The notes: a model not told the origin generated them from the sequence alone. Numbered from the stretch's first letter, positions 27,769 to 37,636 are shown. The stretch: DNA of 47,510 nucleotides from an uncultured Rhodoferax sp. (GCA_937863075.1 CALMCD010000231.1:1-47510), one strand, 5' to 3'. A program made the numbers and translations.

Positions 27769-28692
27769 ATGAAAAAAATTTTTATTGATGGTGAAGCGGG
27801 TACGACGGGACTGCTCATTCGTGAGCGGTTACAGGAAATGGCGGGCGTTGAGCTTGTCAGCATTGACCCCGCACTGCGCAAAAATCCCGATGCCAAACGC
27901 GAATTGATGGCGCAAGTGGATTTGGTGGTATTGTGCCTTCACGACGATCATGCTATCGAATCAGTAGCTATGATTGCAGAGCTGGAGCGCACTACAGGCC
28001 GATTAGGTCCTCGTATTGTAGATGCCTCCACCGCCCACCGCACTGCGCCGGATTGGGTTTATGGCTTCCCGGAATTGTCTGCGACGCAGAAAGAAGCGGT
28101 TCGCACAGCCCGCCGCCTCTCGAATCCCGGTTGCTACGCTACGGGCGCGATTGCTTTATTGCGTCCTTTGGTCGATGCAGGTTTGATTCCAGCCGATTTC
28201 CCCGTGTGTTTGCCGTCGATTAGCGGTTATTCCGGTGGCGGGCGCAGCATGATTGAAGCCTACGAAGCAGGTACGGCTGAACCGTTTGAACTGTACGCGC
28301 TGGGATTGAAGCATAAACACGTCCCCGAAATCATGCGCTATACCGGATTAACGCGCCGCCCCTTGTTTGTGCCAGCGGTTGCCAATTACAAGCAAGGAAT
28401 GTTGGTGCAACTGCCGCTGCATTTGGATACGCTGCCCGGCAAACCTTCGGCGCACGATTTGCACGATGCCTTGCAAAAACATTACACCAGCGTGGGCAGC
28501 GAATGGGTGACGGTTGAACCCGCCACGGCGGATAACAAACTCAGCGCCATCGCTTTGGCGAATACCAATAAGCTGGAATTGCGTGTTTTTGGAAACGATG
28601 ACCATGCGCTTTTGGTTGCGCGTTTGGATAACCTCGGCAAAGGCGCAAGCGGAGCCGCTGTGCAAAATATCCAATTGATGCTGGGTTTGTGA
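27769..28692 (+). CDS. argC: N-acetyl-gamma-glutamyl-phosphate reductase (short, type 2)
   Basis: '[11 protein letters not shown]', 'DASTAHR', 'NPGCYATG', 'SGYSGGG', '[15 protein letters not shown]'. Confidence 0.96.
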   Translation: MKKIFIDGEAGTTGLLIRERLQEMAGVELVSIDPALRKNPDAKRELMAQVDLVVLCLHDDHAIESVAMIAELERTTGRLGPRIVDASTAHRTAPDWVYGFPELSATQKEAVRTARRLSNPGCYATGAIALLRPLVDAGLIPADFPVCLPSISGYSGGGRSMIEAYEAGTAEPFELYALGLKHKHVPEIMRYTGLTRRPLFVPAVANYKQGMLVQLPLHLDTLPGKPSAHDLHDALQKHYTSVGSEWVTVEPATADNKLSAIALANTNKLELRVFGNDDHALLVARLDNLGKGASGAAVQNIQLMLGL

Positions 28693-29513
28693 TGCTACAG
28701 CGCCGTACCTTTTTAGCAGCAGGATGGGGTAGTTTGGCTCTACCCAGTTGGGCGATTACGGAAAATACGGAAAATCTGCCGCGTGATTCAGCCGTTCCGG
28801 GTGGGGTTGCTGCTATTGCTTTAGGAGCTAGCAATGAAGCACCTAAAGCGCTTGCAGGCACTATCCCTTTATTGGTGGTGGGAAACCCCAAGGGCTGGAC
28901 AGCCTTGGTGGGGATTCCGCTTTCTGCTAAAACGGGGACGGCATCCATCACGGTGGGTGATCGAAAAATCCCGTATGCGATTGCCGCCAAACGCTACGCC
29001 GAGCAGCGTTTAACCGTTGCGCCCAAGCATGTCGATTTGTCACCGGACGATTTGGCACGCTATGAACGCGAACGCGCCCACCTCAAGACGGTCATGGCAA
29101 CCTTTACCCCGCCAGACCGTAGCCGTACCCAGTGGCGGATGCAGGCTCCGGTGGAAGGGCGGCGTTCCGATTCATTCGGAATGCGCCGTATTTTCAACGG
29201 GCAGTCACGCAATCCACACAGCGGGATGGATATTGCCGCCGCCACCGGAACACCGATTCTTGCGCCGATGGATGGCGTGGTGATCGACACGGGTGATTAT
29301 TTCTTCAACGGCAATACGGTGTGGGTGGATCATGGTGGTGGTTTACTCAGCATGGTGTGCCATTTGAGCAGCATTGCCGTGCAAGCCGGTGACCGTGTCC
29401 GCACGGGCGATGGGCTGGGTGCAGTGGGCGCGACGGGTCGCGCGACGGGCCCACATCTGCATTGGAGTGTGCTACTCAACCGCGCGATGGTTGATCCAGC
29501 TTTGTTTTTGTGA
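28692..29513 (+). CDS. M23-family metallopeptidase with Tat-like signal
   Basis: 'QRRTFL' twin-arginine motif, 'HSGMD' (HxxxD), 'TGRATGPHLHW' (HxH). Confidence 0.9.
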   Translation: MLQRRTFLAAGWGSLALPSWAITENTENLPRDSAVPGGVAAIALGASNEAPKALAGTIPLLVVGNPKGWTALVGIPLSAKTGTASITVGDRKIPYAIAAKRYAEQRLTVAPKHVDLSPDDLARYERERAHLKTVMATFTPPDRSRTQWRMQAPVEGRRSDSFGMRRIFNGQSRNPHSGMDIAAATGTPILAPMDGVVIDTGDYFFNGNTVWVDHGGGLLSMVCHLSSIAVQAGDRVRTGDGLGAVGATGRATGPHLHWSVLLNRAMVDPALFL

Positions 29514-29531
29514 TTTCCGCAATACGCTGAA

Positions 29532-30731
29532 TCAAGGGCGCACTGGCGGTGGAGCATTTGGAACAGAGATGCGGGTAGCCTGAAAGGTGTTGCCACTCAC
29601 CGTACCCATCACCTCCACATACCGACCGTCGCGCAAATCGGCTGGCGTTCCTTCACCCCATTGCGCACGGCTAGCGTTGATATGAATACCACGCAATGTG
29701 AACGATGAAAGATCAACCCACGCGCTAACAGTGCCGTGTAGCTCTTGAATGCGTCCACCTTGTGGCGTGGTTTCGATGGTGTTGGCCACCAATTTGCCCG
29801 TTTGTTGATTGACGGAGCCGTTGATGGTGATGTACGTTCCAGTACGCAGTTGCGGGCGTATTGCGTCCAATGCAGTGCTGGAGGTATCAATGGGGACACC
29901 TTGCACCATCACGACTCCGTTTTCTCCAATTTGAACCAAACCGCTGAGGCGCAATTTATCGGTAGCGAGTGCGCTGGAGCCTAGATTGCGCGTAGCCTGC
30001 ACCTGCCAAGGTGCTGAATGGGGGTCTTTTTCTTGCTCCCAAGGAACTACTGTCGTGATCAGCGCACCAGTTGTTTCCTTGGTGGGGAAGGCACGTCCTG
30101 CCAGCATCGGTTGATTTTCGCTGCCACGCAATGTGCCTGTAATGCGGGCGGATAGCGTGTTCGCAGGGTCTAATTTTTCGATACGGCTGGCACGGATCAA
30201 GTCGCGCGATGAATCCTGTGGATCGGTTTGCAGTACGCCATAAATTTGTACCCGATCTTCGACCTTCATATCTTCCAAGCGGGGGTAACCTGCAAGCACC
30301 GTCACCGGGCCTTGTGTGGGATCGGTGTTCAACTGTACTTTTTGACCCCATACGGTGATTTGTTTTTCGTACTGCGCAATGGCGCTAACCGTTCCGACCA
30401 GTTGCGAATCAATCCGCACACGCACCAGCGTACCTTGGGCATTTAATTCCAGCAAAGCATATTGCCCTACTTGCAAATCCGATACTTGGATGGCTTCTGT
30501 TTTCGAGAGGTCACTAGACCCTTGTTCCAAGACCGCTTGACTTTCATCGTAACGAACGCCGTCGATGTAAATACTGCCCAGACCGGTAATTGTGCCGGAG
30601 ACAAAACCGGTTCCCCCCGTCCCGACCCCGATCCCGCTCGCACTGAGCCAATCGGATGATCCGCCACAGCTCATGAGTAGGAGGGTCATCAAAAGGGGAA
30701 AAATGCGTGCAAACAAGCGGTGGAAAATCAT
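29532..30731 (-). CDS. DUF5666-repeat lipoprotein
   Basis: Lipobox 'LLMSC' followed by 'GIGVGTGGTG..SGTITGLGSIYIDGVRYD'. Repeated OB-like units 'L.G.V......F...G......A......DL..G.YVEV.G......A..I'. ATG 30731 preferred. Confidence 0.8.
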   Translation of the reverse strand: MIFHRLFARIFPLLMTLLLMSCGGSSDWLSASGIGVGTGGTGFVSGTITGLGSIYIDGVRYDESQAVLEQGSSDLSKTEAIQVSDLQVGQYALLELNAQGTLVRVRIDSQLVGTVSAIAQYEKQITVWGQKVQLNTDPTQGPVTVLAGYPRLEDMKVEDRVQIYGVLQTDPQDSSRDLIRASRIEKLDPANTLSARITGTLRGSENQPMLAGRAFPTKETTGALITTVVPWEQEKDPHSAPWQVQATRNLGSSALATDKLRLSGLVQIGENGVVMVQGVPIDTSSTALDAIRPQLRTGTYITINGSVNQQTGKLVANTIETTPQGGRIQELHGTVSAWVDLSSFTLRGIHINASRAQWGEGTPADLRDGRYVEVMGTVSGNTFQATRISVPNAPPPVRP

Positions 30732-30744
30732 GAATGAACCTTTT

Positions 30745-31584
30745 TTATTCCAATGATTCCGATGATTCCAAGCGACCATCGTGAAAATAAGCACCCAAGC
30801 GCACCAAGCGCGTACCCTTGCCCTCATCTTGGACATACAGGTGGCTGGCTTCTTGGAGAAATTCTTTGAGCATATCTGCCCACAATGTACGTGAAAGCTG
30901 CGCCAAAGCGTGGGCGGAGGCTTCGGTCAAGCCGCCTGCATAGGCGGCTTGTTCTAATTGCTTGGTTTCAGGAGCAGCATTCAGGTTTTGGGTAGCCGTT
31001 TCGATGTGCGCAGCCAAATTAGCGACCCACAGTTCTAGCATTTGTGTCCAATCGCTATGGGGAACAAAACCTGTTTGGTGCAGAACAACGCATTCTTGTC
31101 CCTGTGCATCGGGTTCCAATTGTGCCAAGCCTAGCCGAATGAGTTCATTCAATACCGATAGCGGATGCACATCTTGATTCACACTTCGAGCCAGTGTTTC
31201 AAAGGATAGGGCATTTTTATCGGATGCCATGCGTGGCAGCGGTAGTGCAGTGCCATCTTCATGTTGATACAGGGGGTCACTAATCCAGCGTGCATACACC
31301 TCATTGGGGATGCTGCGTTTGGTCATTTTGGGGGAAGGCATCGGATTTTGCCGCCACGCATTGATGTCTTTGCGGTGGATGCCCGTGCGTAAACTCAGGG
31401 CAGAGTCGGTATCTTTTTCTCCGCGCTCCTGTACTTGTGCGAGTGCTTGTTCAATAAACGATGATTTGATTTGGGCAATAAAGCTTTGATAGCCTATGCC
31501 CTCATCAATGAGTAAGCGCACCAAGGGCAACATGACGCTGCGGATTGCGTCCAGCACTTGGGTTTGGCGTTCAATGGCTTCCAT
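30745..31584 (-). CDS. DUF6502-family protein (N-terminal HTH-like)
   Basis: 'PLVRLLI..GI.Y..F', 'DSALSLRTGIHRKDI', 'W..DP.Y', 'SFETL..SV..DVHP..VL.ELIRLG'. Typical upstream partner of DUF5666 genes. Confidence 0.8.
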   Translation of the reverse strand: MEAIERQTQVLDAIRSVMLPLVRLLIDEGIGYQSFIAQIKSSFIEQALAQVQERGEKDTDSALSLRTGIHRKDINAWRQNPMPSPKMTKRSIPNEVYARWISDPLYQHEDGTALPLPRMASDKNALSFETLARSVNQDVHPLSVLNELIRLGLAQLEPDAQGQECVVLHQTGFVPHSDWTQMLELWVANLAAHIETATQNLNAAPETKQLEQAAYAGGLTEASAHALAQLSRTLWADMLKEFLQEASHLYVQDEGKGTRLVRLGAYFHDGRLESSESLE

Positions 31585-31648
31585 GGGGAGGTTGAAATAA
31601 TGGCATCAGCATGAGTGTATCTGCGTCCCAACCATTCCCCCGGAATTC

Positions 31649-32311
31649 CTACAGTGTGCTGGCAAAACTATCGGTTTGTGCCAGTACACCGACCAAATCG
31701 ACCACAGTGCCGCTACCGGATGCCACGGCGGTGTAAACGCCATCGGCATTGCCGTCGCGGAAAATTTCATAGTGCGAAAGTCCAGTCGTCGAAGCGGTAT
31801 GGGTTTCGATCAACAGTCCGTTGCTCACAGTCCAAGTCGTATTGCTTGGTACGACGGTGCTGGACAGCAGAACATTCGTTGTGCCATCCCAGTGGGTGTG
31901 AGAAACATCGGTCACCACGCCATTGCTGACGGTAGCCGATACCGTTTTTGCCATCGAAAATCCCAGTGCATTGACGGTGTTGGACGCAGCTGTAGCCACT
32001 TTAGAGGTTGCCACGACCTGGTATAGGCCATCTGCATCGGTGTCGCTGAAACGAATGACTTCGGATGCGTTGGTCAGTGTGCGGGTGGATACCACATCGG
32101 TACCGCTAACGCTGTACGTCACACCGGTATTCAATGGCAAGGCAACCGTAGTTCCAGAGAGTAGAGCAACACTGGCAGCACTGACGGTAGTTCCGTCGGT
32201 GGTGAAGCTGAATACGTCACCCAACCCTGCCAAGCCATGACCCGAAAGACCGCCACGGCCATGACCGCCTACACCCAATCCACCATCCATACCTTTAGAC
32301 ATTTTCGACAT
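31649..32311 (-). CDS. Hypothetical Thr/Ser/Val/Gly-rich protein with two internal repeats ending in DxDxDG-like motifs
   Basis: AAGGAG RBS before ATG 32311. Repeats end 'RFSDTDADGLY' and 'IFRDGNADGVY'. No Sec signal, no Cys. Confidence 0.75.
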   Translation of the reverse strand: MSKMSKGMDGGLGVGGHGRGGLSGHGLAGLGDVFSFTTDGTTVSAASVALLSGTTVALPLNTGVTYSVSGTDVVSTRTLTNASEVIRFSDTDADGLYQVVATSKVATAASNTVNALGFSMAKTVSATVSNGVVTDVSHTHWDGTTNVLLSSTVVPSNTTWTVSNGLLIETHTASTTGLSHYEIFRDGNADGVYTAVASGSGTVVDLVGVLAQTDSFASTL

Positions 32312-32341
32312 TTCATTCTCCTTAAAAAAAGATAAAGCCAC

Positions 32342-32390
32342 TTCATGCCGCTACCGCGTGATCCATAAAAGAGGCGTGCAACGGCATAAA
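32342..32390 (-). promoter_or_regulatory. Long RNA hairpin between hemL and the repeat-protein gene
   Basis: Minus strand TTTATGCCGTTGC/GTAGCGGCATGAA 13-bp stem (three G-U pairs) extended by CGC/GCG after a bulge. Confidence 0.5.
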
Positions 32391-32444
32391 TGTGACTTTA
32401 TCACATTTTTAAGAGGTGGGATAAGAAATGTGATTTTTTCACAT
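32388..32444. promoter_or_regulatory. Two palindromic boxes AAATGTGA-N5-TCACAT
   Basis: AAATGTGA-CTTTA-TCACATTT (32388-32408) and AAATGTGA-TTTTT-TCACAT (32426-32444), 38 bp apart. Confidence 0.7.
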
Positions 32445-32447
32445 AAA

Positions 32448-33761
32448 TTATGACGATAGAACTTCGCGTGCAGCTTGCAGGGTGGCGGCGATGTCTTCAT
32501 CGCTGTGGGCTGCACTCACAAATCCGGCCTCGTACAGGGCGGGAGCCAAGTAAACGCCCCTTTCCAACATGCCGTGGAAGAAGGCATTGAAGCGTTTGCT
32601 GTCGGTCGTCATGACCTTGGCGTAGTTTTGCGGCAGCGCATCGAAGAAGAAGAAACCAAACATCCCACCCTCGCTATCTACACTGAAGGGTACGCCCGCT
32701 TCGTCGGCAATGCCTTTTAAGCCAGCCATGAGTTTTTGGGTTTTTGCACCCAAGGCTTCGTAGAAACCGTCTTTACTGATTTCATGCAGCGTTGCCAGAC
32801 CGCAAGCGGTGGCAATCGGGTTACCCGATAGCGTTCCGGCTTGATAGACGGGGCCGAGGGGGGCGAGGTGTTCCATGATCGCGCGTTTGCCGCCGAATGC
32901 TGCCAAGGGCATACCACCACCAATCACTTTGCCCATGACGGTGATGTCGGGTTCAAAATTCGGCAACACCGAGGCGAGTGCTTTGGCGTAGATGCTTTGG
33001 GCGCTACCGAGTGCCACGCGGAAGCCAGTCATCACCTCATCAAAAATAAACAACGCGCCGTATTGGGTACACAGTTCGCGGCAACGCTGCATAAAGGGCA
33101 GGGAGGCGCGGACAAAATTCATGTTTCCGGCAATGGGTTCGATGATGATGCAAGCCAAATCTTTGCCGTGTAGGGCAAAGGCTTCTTCCAGTTGGGGGAT
33201 ATTGTTGTACTCCAACACCAAGGTGTGTTGAACGACTTCGGGCGGTACGCCTGCGCTGGTGGGGTTGCCGAAGGTTGCCAGACCCGACCCCGCTTTGACC
33301 AAGAGTGAATCGGCATGACCGTGGTAGCAGCCCTCAAATTTCAAAAATTTGTTACGCCCTGTAACGCCACGCGCGAGCCGAATGGCACTCATACCCGCTT
33401 CTGTACCACTGCTTACGAGGCGTACCATATCCATAGAGGGAACCAAGCGTAAAATTGCTTCTGCTAATTCCACTTCGCGTTCTGTGGGAGCGCCAAAGGA
33501 AAAACCTTGGTGGATCGCGTTTTGCACGGCTTCCACCACCGCCGGATGACCGTGACCCAAAATCATAGGCCCCCAAGAGCCGATATAGTCGATGTGGCGC
33601 TTGCCATTGGCATCCCAAAAATGGGAACCTTGCGCTTTGGCAACGAAACGGGGTGTGCCGCCGACGGCTCGAAAAGCACGCACGGGGGAATTGACACCCC
33701 CCGGAATCACTTTTTGGGCGCGTTGAAAAAGGTTTAAATTGTGATCGCTAGTAGGATTCAT
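32448..33761 (-). CDS. hemL: Glutamate-1-semialdehyde 2,1-aminomutase
   Basis: '[12 protein letters not shown]', 'SSGTEA', 'GCYHGH', 'FDEVMTGFR', PLP-Lys 'GKVIGGG', '[10 protein letters not shown]'. Confidence 0.98.
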   Translation of the reverse strand: MNPTSDHNLNLFQRAQKVIPGGVNSPVRAFRAVGGTPRFVAKAQGSHFWDANGKRHIDYIGSWGPMILGHGHPAVVEAVQNAIHQGFSFGAPTEREVELAEAILRLVPSMDMVRLVSSGTEAGMSAIRLARGVTGRNKFLKFEGCYHGHADSLLVKAGSGLATFGNPTSAGVPPEVVQHTLVLEYNNIPQLEEAFALHGKDLACIIIEPIAGNMNFVRASLPFMQRCRELCTQYGALFIFDEVMTGFRVALGSAQSIYAKALASVLPNFEPDITVMGKVIGGGMPLAAFGGKRAIMEHLAPLGPVYQAGTLSGNPIATACGLATLHEISKDGFYEALGAKTQKLMAGLKGIADEAGVPFSVDSEGGMFGFFFFDALPQNYAKVMTTDSKRFNAFFHGMLERGVYLAPALYEAGFVSAAHSDEDIAATLQAAREVLSS

Positions 33762-33970
33762 GGAAAGTTAATGGAGATAGCGTGGAGGATAGGGGGGTGA
33801 TTGAATTGTTTGAGGCAAGCGTGCTTTTAGCGTGTTTGCTTCTATACAATCATCGCATTGTATTTTTTAATGGAATTCTGCTGGACTCCATTGAAAAATT
33901 CGGCAACGGAGGAACAACGAATGGTGTGTTTCCCGTTTTATCGACTACATAGGATCAGGAGTAACACCTT

Positions 33971-34372
33971 TTGAGTACCGCTGCAACCAAGGTCAGAGTT
34001 TTGGTCATAGACGACAGCAACACTATCCGCCGTAGTGCCGAAATCTTTCTCAAACAAGGTGGGCATGAAGTAATGCTAGCGGAGGATGGGTTTGATGCGT
34101 TGGCAAAGGTGAATGACTATCGACCACAGCTTATTTTTTGCGATATTTTGATGCCTCGCTTGGATGGGTATCAGACATGTGCCATCATCAAGCGCAATGA
34201 ACAGTTCACTAATGTGCCTGTTGTGATGCTGTCTTCCAAAGATGGTGTTTTCGACAAAGCGCGTGGCCGGATGGCTGGGGCACAAGATTACCTGACAAAG
34301 CCTTTTACGAAAGATCAATTACTTCAGGCTGTTCAACAATTTGGAGCTACCACACAAGGAGCAAATGAATGA
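33971..34372 (+). CDS. pilG: Twitching-motility response regulator PilG
   Basis: REC domain 'VIDDSNTIRR', 'DILMPRLDGYQTCAIIK', 'SSKDG.FDKARGR'. TTG start after AGGAG. First gene of the Chp operon. Confidence 0.92.
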   Translation: MSTAATKVRVLVIDDSNTIRRSAEIFLKQGGHEVMLAEDGFDALAKVNDYRPQLIFCDILMPRLDGYQTCAIIKRNEQFTNVPVVMLSSKDGVFDKARGRMAGAQDYLTKPFTKDQLLQAVQQFGATTQGANE

Positions 34373-34734
34373 CTATTCAAAAAGTGTTAATCGTTGACGA
34401 TTCCAAAACAGAAACCATGTTTTTGACGGACATTTTGCAAAAAAATGGTTATGTCGTCAGCTCGGCTGAAAATGCCGAGGAAGCGTTCAAACGCTTGGAA
34501 GAGCAGAAACCCGATCTCATTTTGATGGATGTGGTGATGCCCGGCCAGAATGGTTTTCAATTGACGCGTGCGATCAACCGTACACCTGAATATGCGGATA
34601 TTCCGATCGTCATGTGTACCAGTAAGAATCAAGAAACAGACCGTGTATGGGGAATACGCCAAGGTGCGCGTGACTACATCACCAAGCCTGTGGATTCTTC
34701 TGAGTTGTTCGCAAAAATCAAGGCACTAGGTTAA
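34369..34734 (+). CDS. pilH: Twitching-motility response regulator PilH
   Basis: 'IVDDSKTE', 'MDVVMPGQNGFQLTR', 'SKNQETDRVWG.RQGA'. Confidence 0.93.
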   Translation: MTIQKVLIVDDSKTETMFLTDILQKNGYVVSSAENAEEAFKRLEEQKPDLILMDVVMPGQNGFQLTRAINRTPEYADIPIVMCTSKNQETDRVWGIRQGARDYITKPVDSSELFAKIKALG

Positions 34735-34748
34735 TACTTTTCTAACTC

Positions 34749-35279
34749 ATGGCCAATCGCGAAGCACTCCGAGAACTCCAGAGCCGACTAGCGGGTCGAC
34801 TACAGACTGCACACACACAGGGTACCTCTGTGGCGTGGTTGGCGGTGCGTGTCGGTGGGAACAATTTGCTGTTCCCATTGGGACAATCTGGGGAAATTGT
34901 CCCTTTAGGTACACCACAATCCGTTCCCTATGTTCGCACCTGGTTTCGCGGGATTTCGAATATTCGGGGCGGTTTGTATGGTGTTGTTGATTTAGCGGCC
35001 TTTCTGAAAGAAAGTCTGGGTGGTGACTGGACATCGTCTAATATGCACGAGCATAGTGTTATCACCCTGAATGCTTCTCTGGAGGTAAATTGTGCACTGG
35101 AAGTGGATTCATTGTTGGGATTGCGCGGTGCCGATGCCTTCACCTCCACTTCTCCTGCCGATCCGGGTGCCCCGGCCTATTTGGGTAACCAGTTTTTAGA
35201 TACTGCTGGTGTGCAGTGGCAGGAGATTGATTTACGTATCTTGTCACAAACCCCTCAATTTTTGAGTATCAGCGCTTAG
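34749..35279 (+). CDS. pilI: CheW-like adaptor PilI
   Basis: 'LRELQSRLA.RLQ', 'VPYVRTWFRGISNIRGGLYGVVDL'. Located between pilH and pilJ. Confidence 0.88.
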   Translation: MANREALRELQSRLAGRLQTAHTQGTSVAWLAVRVGGNNLLFPLGQSGEIVPLGTPQSVPYVRTWFRGISNIRGGLYGVVDLAAFLKESLGGDWTSSNMHEHSVITLNASLEVNCALEVDSLLGLRGADAFTSTSPADPGAPAYLGNQFLDTAGVQWQEIDLRILSQTPQFLSISA

Positions 35280-35298
35280 ACCATCGTAAGGTTTGACC

Positions 35299-37602
35299 AT
35301 GTCCATCGTCGATAAAATTAAAAACGCTTTTAGAAAAAAGCAACCAGAATCTGAACTTGATTCACGACTTAGCCTTGCTATGCCCGATGATTCATCCAAC
35401 CTCATGGATGAGACGCTCCATGTGGGTGGATCTGCTGCCGTTGCTGGTAACGGTAATGCGAATAACAACGGTGACATGAACGATCATGATCCCGATAACG
35501 TGCTTATCGGTGATGCCGATGAAAACAAGCCCACCGCTGACGATTTGATCCATATCCCCGTTTTGGGCGAGCGTTCGGTTGCACAGCAGCAACGGCTCTT
35601 GTTCTCCCTGCTGGGTGGTGTGTTGGTCGTCTTGGGTGGTGTGACTGCCTATGCGCTGTACCAATCGGAAAAAGTGGCCAAGCAGTTGGGAACTTCCAGT
35701 GAGGTATTGATTCAATCACAACGCTTGGCGAAATCGGTTTCTCAGGCAGTGATTGGCAATCCACAAGCGTTTCAGGACGTGATGGAAAGTCAGGGGCTGG
35801 TCGTTACGGCGGCACGCGGGTTGCGTGATGGTAGCGATTCGGTACGTCCTTTGGATGGTGATTTGGTCGCAGCGTTGGACAAAGTAATGCCCATGGTGGA
35901 GCGAGCCGAGTCCAATGCCAAAACGGTGTTGAACCAAAAAGCGATTTTGACGCAAATCAATACGGCGTTGCGCTACATCAACCGCTACTCCTCGGATATG
36001 TTGGAAGTGTCGGAAGCTATTTTGGCAACGAAATTGCAACAAGGCGCTGCAACCCCAGAGGTTTCTGCGGTGGGTCAGCTAGTGATGTTGACACAGCGTA
36101 TCGGTAAATCTTCCAATGAATTTATTACGACAGAAGGTGTTAGCCCTGAGGCGGCTTTCTTGTTGGGTAAAGATTTGAATTCGTTTAAGACGATTGCAGA
36201 AGGTTTGTTGCAGGGTAATCAAGATTTGCATTTGACTCCCCCTCGTGATCAAATCTCAATCGATCAACTGAATAAGTTGCTTCAACTTTACGAAAGCACC
36301 CGTATTCAAGCCAGTTCGATTCTGACCAATATCAATGGTTTGGTGGCAGCGCGTAAAGCACAGGATGTCATCATTGCAGATAGCGAACCCTTGCGTTTTG
36401 ATTTCCAAGCGATTCAACATCAGTTGGAAGAGTCCAGCGGTATTGATGGTTTGACTTTGTTGGCCTTGGTATTGCTTTCAGGTCTTGCCTTGGCTTGTGC
36501 TGCTGGTTTGTCGTACATTCAAGTTTTGGATAGCCGTCGCCGTCAAAAAGTAGCGGAAGAGCAGCGTATGGCTGCGGAACGTCAAGAGCGTGAAGCCAAG
36601 CGTATCAACGATGCCAACCAAGCTGCGATTTTGCGTTTGATGAATGAATTGCAAACGGTGGCGGAAGGTGACTTGACACAAGAAGCGACCGTGACCGAAG
36701 ACATTACGGGCGCGATTGCGGACTCGGTGAACTATACGGTGGAAGAATTGCGTTCGCTCGTTTCCAACGTACAAAACACCGCTACCCGCGTGGCACAGAC
36801 CACCGCAGATGTGGATGCTACATCGACCGAATTGCTTGCTGCGTCTAATGAACAACTGCACGAAATTCGTGAAACAGGTCGCTCGGTAGTGGATATGGCG
36901 GCTCGTATTAATGATGTATCGGTACAAGCGCAGGAATCTGCGGATGTGGCGCGTCAATCGCTGCGTGCTGCGGAATCGGGTTTGAGTGCGGTACAAGATG
37001 CCATCGGTGGTATGAATGCTATCCGCGATCAAATTCAGGAAACGTCCAAGCGTATTAAGCGTTTGGGTGAATCTTCGCAAGAGATTGGGGAGATTACCGA
37101 GCTGATTTCTGACATTACCGAACAAACCAACGTGTTGGCTTTGAATGCAGCGATTCAGGCGGCTTCTGCGGGTGAAGCAGGACGCGGATTCTCGGTGGTA
37201 GCTGAAGAGGTGCAACGTCTGGCAGAACGTTCTGCGGATGCGACACGTCAGATTGCTGCACTGGTGAAAGCGATTCAAACCGATACGCAAGACGCGATTG
37301 GTGCGATGGAACGTTCTACCCAGGGTGTGGTGGAAGGTGCTAAATTGTCCGATAACGCGGGTACTGCGCTGACGGATATTGATCGGGTATCGCGTAAAGT
37401 GGCTGACCTGATTGAGCAAATTTCCAATGCAGCCTCTAAGGAAGCGGCATTGGCCAATGTGGTCGCGGAAAACATCCAGCACATTTTTGCGGTGACGGAA
37501 CAAACGGGAGAGGGTACACGCCTGACGGCTTCTCAAGTACGCGAGTTGTCGCGTATGGCAGAAGAATTGCGTCAATCGGTTGCACGCTTCAAGATTGTTT
37601 GA
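35299..37602 (+). CDS. pilJ: Methyl-accepting chemotaxis protein PilJ
   Basis: Two TM helices, HAMP-like 'GDLTQEATVTEDITGAIADSVN', MCP hairpin 'QTNVLALNAAIQAASAGEAGRGFSVVAEEVQRLAERS'. Confidence 0.93.
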   Translation: MSIVDKIKNAFRKKQPESELDSRLSLAMPDDSSNLMDETLHVGGSAAVAGNGNANNNGDMNDHDPDNVLIGDADENKPTADDLIHIPVLGERSVAQQQRLLFSLLGGVLVVLGGVTAYALYQSEKVAKQLGTSSEVLIQSQRLAKSVSQAVIGNPQAFQDVMESQGLVVTAARGLRDGSDSVRPLDGDLVAALDKVMPMVERAESNAKTVLNQKAILTQINTALRYINRYSSDMLEVSEAILATKLQQGAATPEVSAVGQLVMLTQRIGKSSNEFITTEGVSPEAAFLLGKDLNSFKTIAEGLLQGNQDLHLTPPRDQISIDQLNKLLQLYESTRIQASSILTNINGLVAARKAQDVIIADSEPLRFDFQAIQHQLEESSGIDGLTLLALVLLSGLALACAAGLSYIQVLDSRRRQKVAEEQRMAAERQEREAKRINDANQAAILRLMNELQTVAEGDLTQEATVTEDITGAIADSVNYTVEELRSLVSNVQNTATRVAQTTADVDATSTELLAASNEQLHEIRETGRSVVDMAARINDVSVQAQESADVARQSLRAAESGLSAVQDAIGGMNAIRDQIQETSKRIKRLGESSQEIGEITELISDITEQTNVLALNAAIQAASAGEAGRGFSVVAEEVQRLAERSADATRQIAALVKAIQTDTQDAIGAMERSTQGVVEGAKLSDNAGTALTDIDRVSRKVADLIEQISNAASKEAALANVVAENIQHIFAVTEQTGEGTRLTASQVRELSRMAEELRQSVARFKIV

Positions 37603-37636
37603 TAACTAGAAAAGAGACCCAGGAGAGTCCATACCC

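Noticed and set aside
32388-32444. Calling the twin palindromes canonical CRP/Vfr sites
   Set aside because: The spacer is 5 nt in both copies rather than 6, so they are kept only as unassigned operators.
36478-37575. 365-aa minus-strand ORF
   Set aside because: Antisense shadow of the conserved PilJ signalling domain, with Arg/Phe/His-rich non-protein-like composition.
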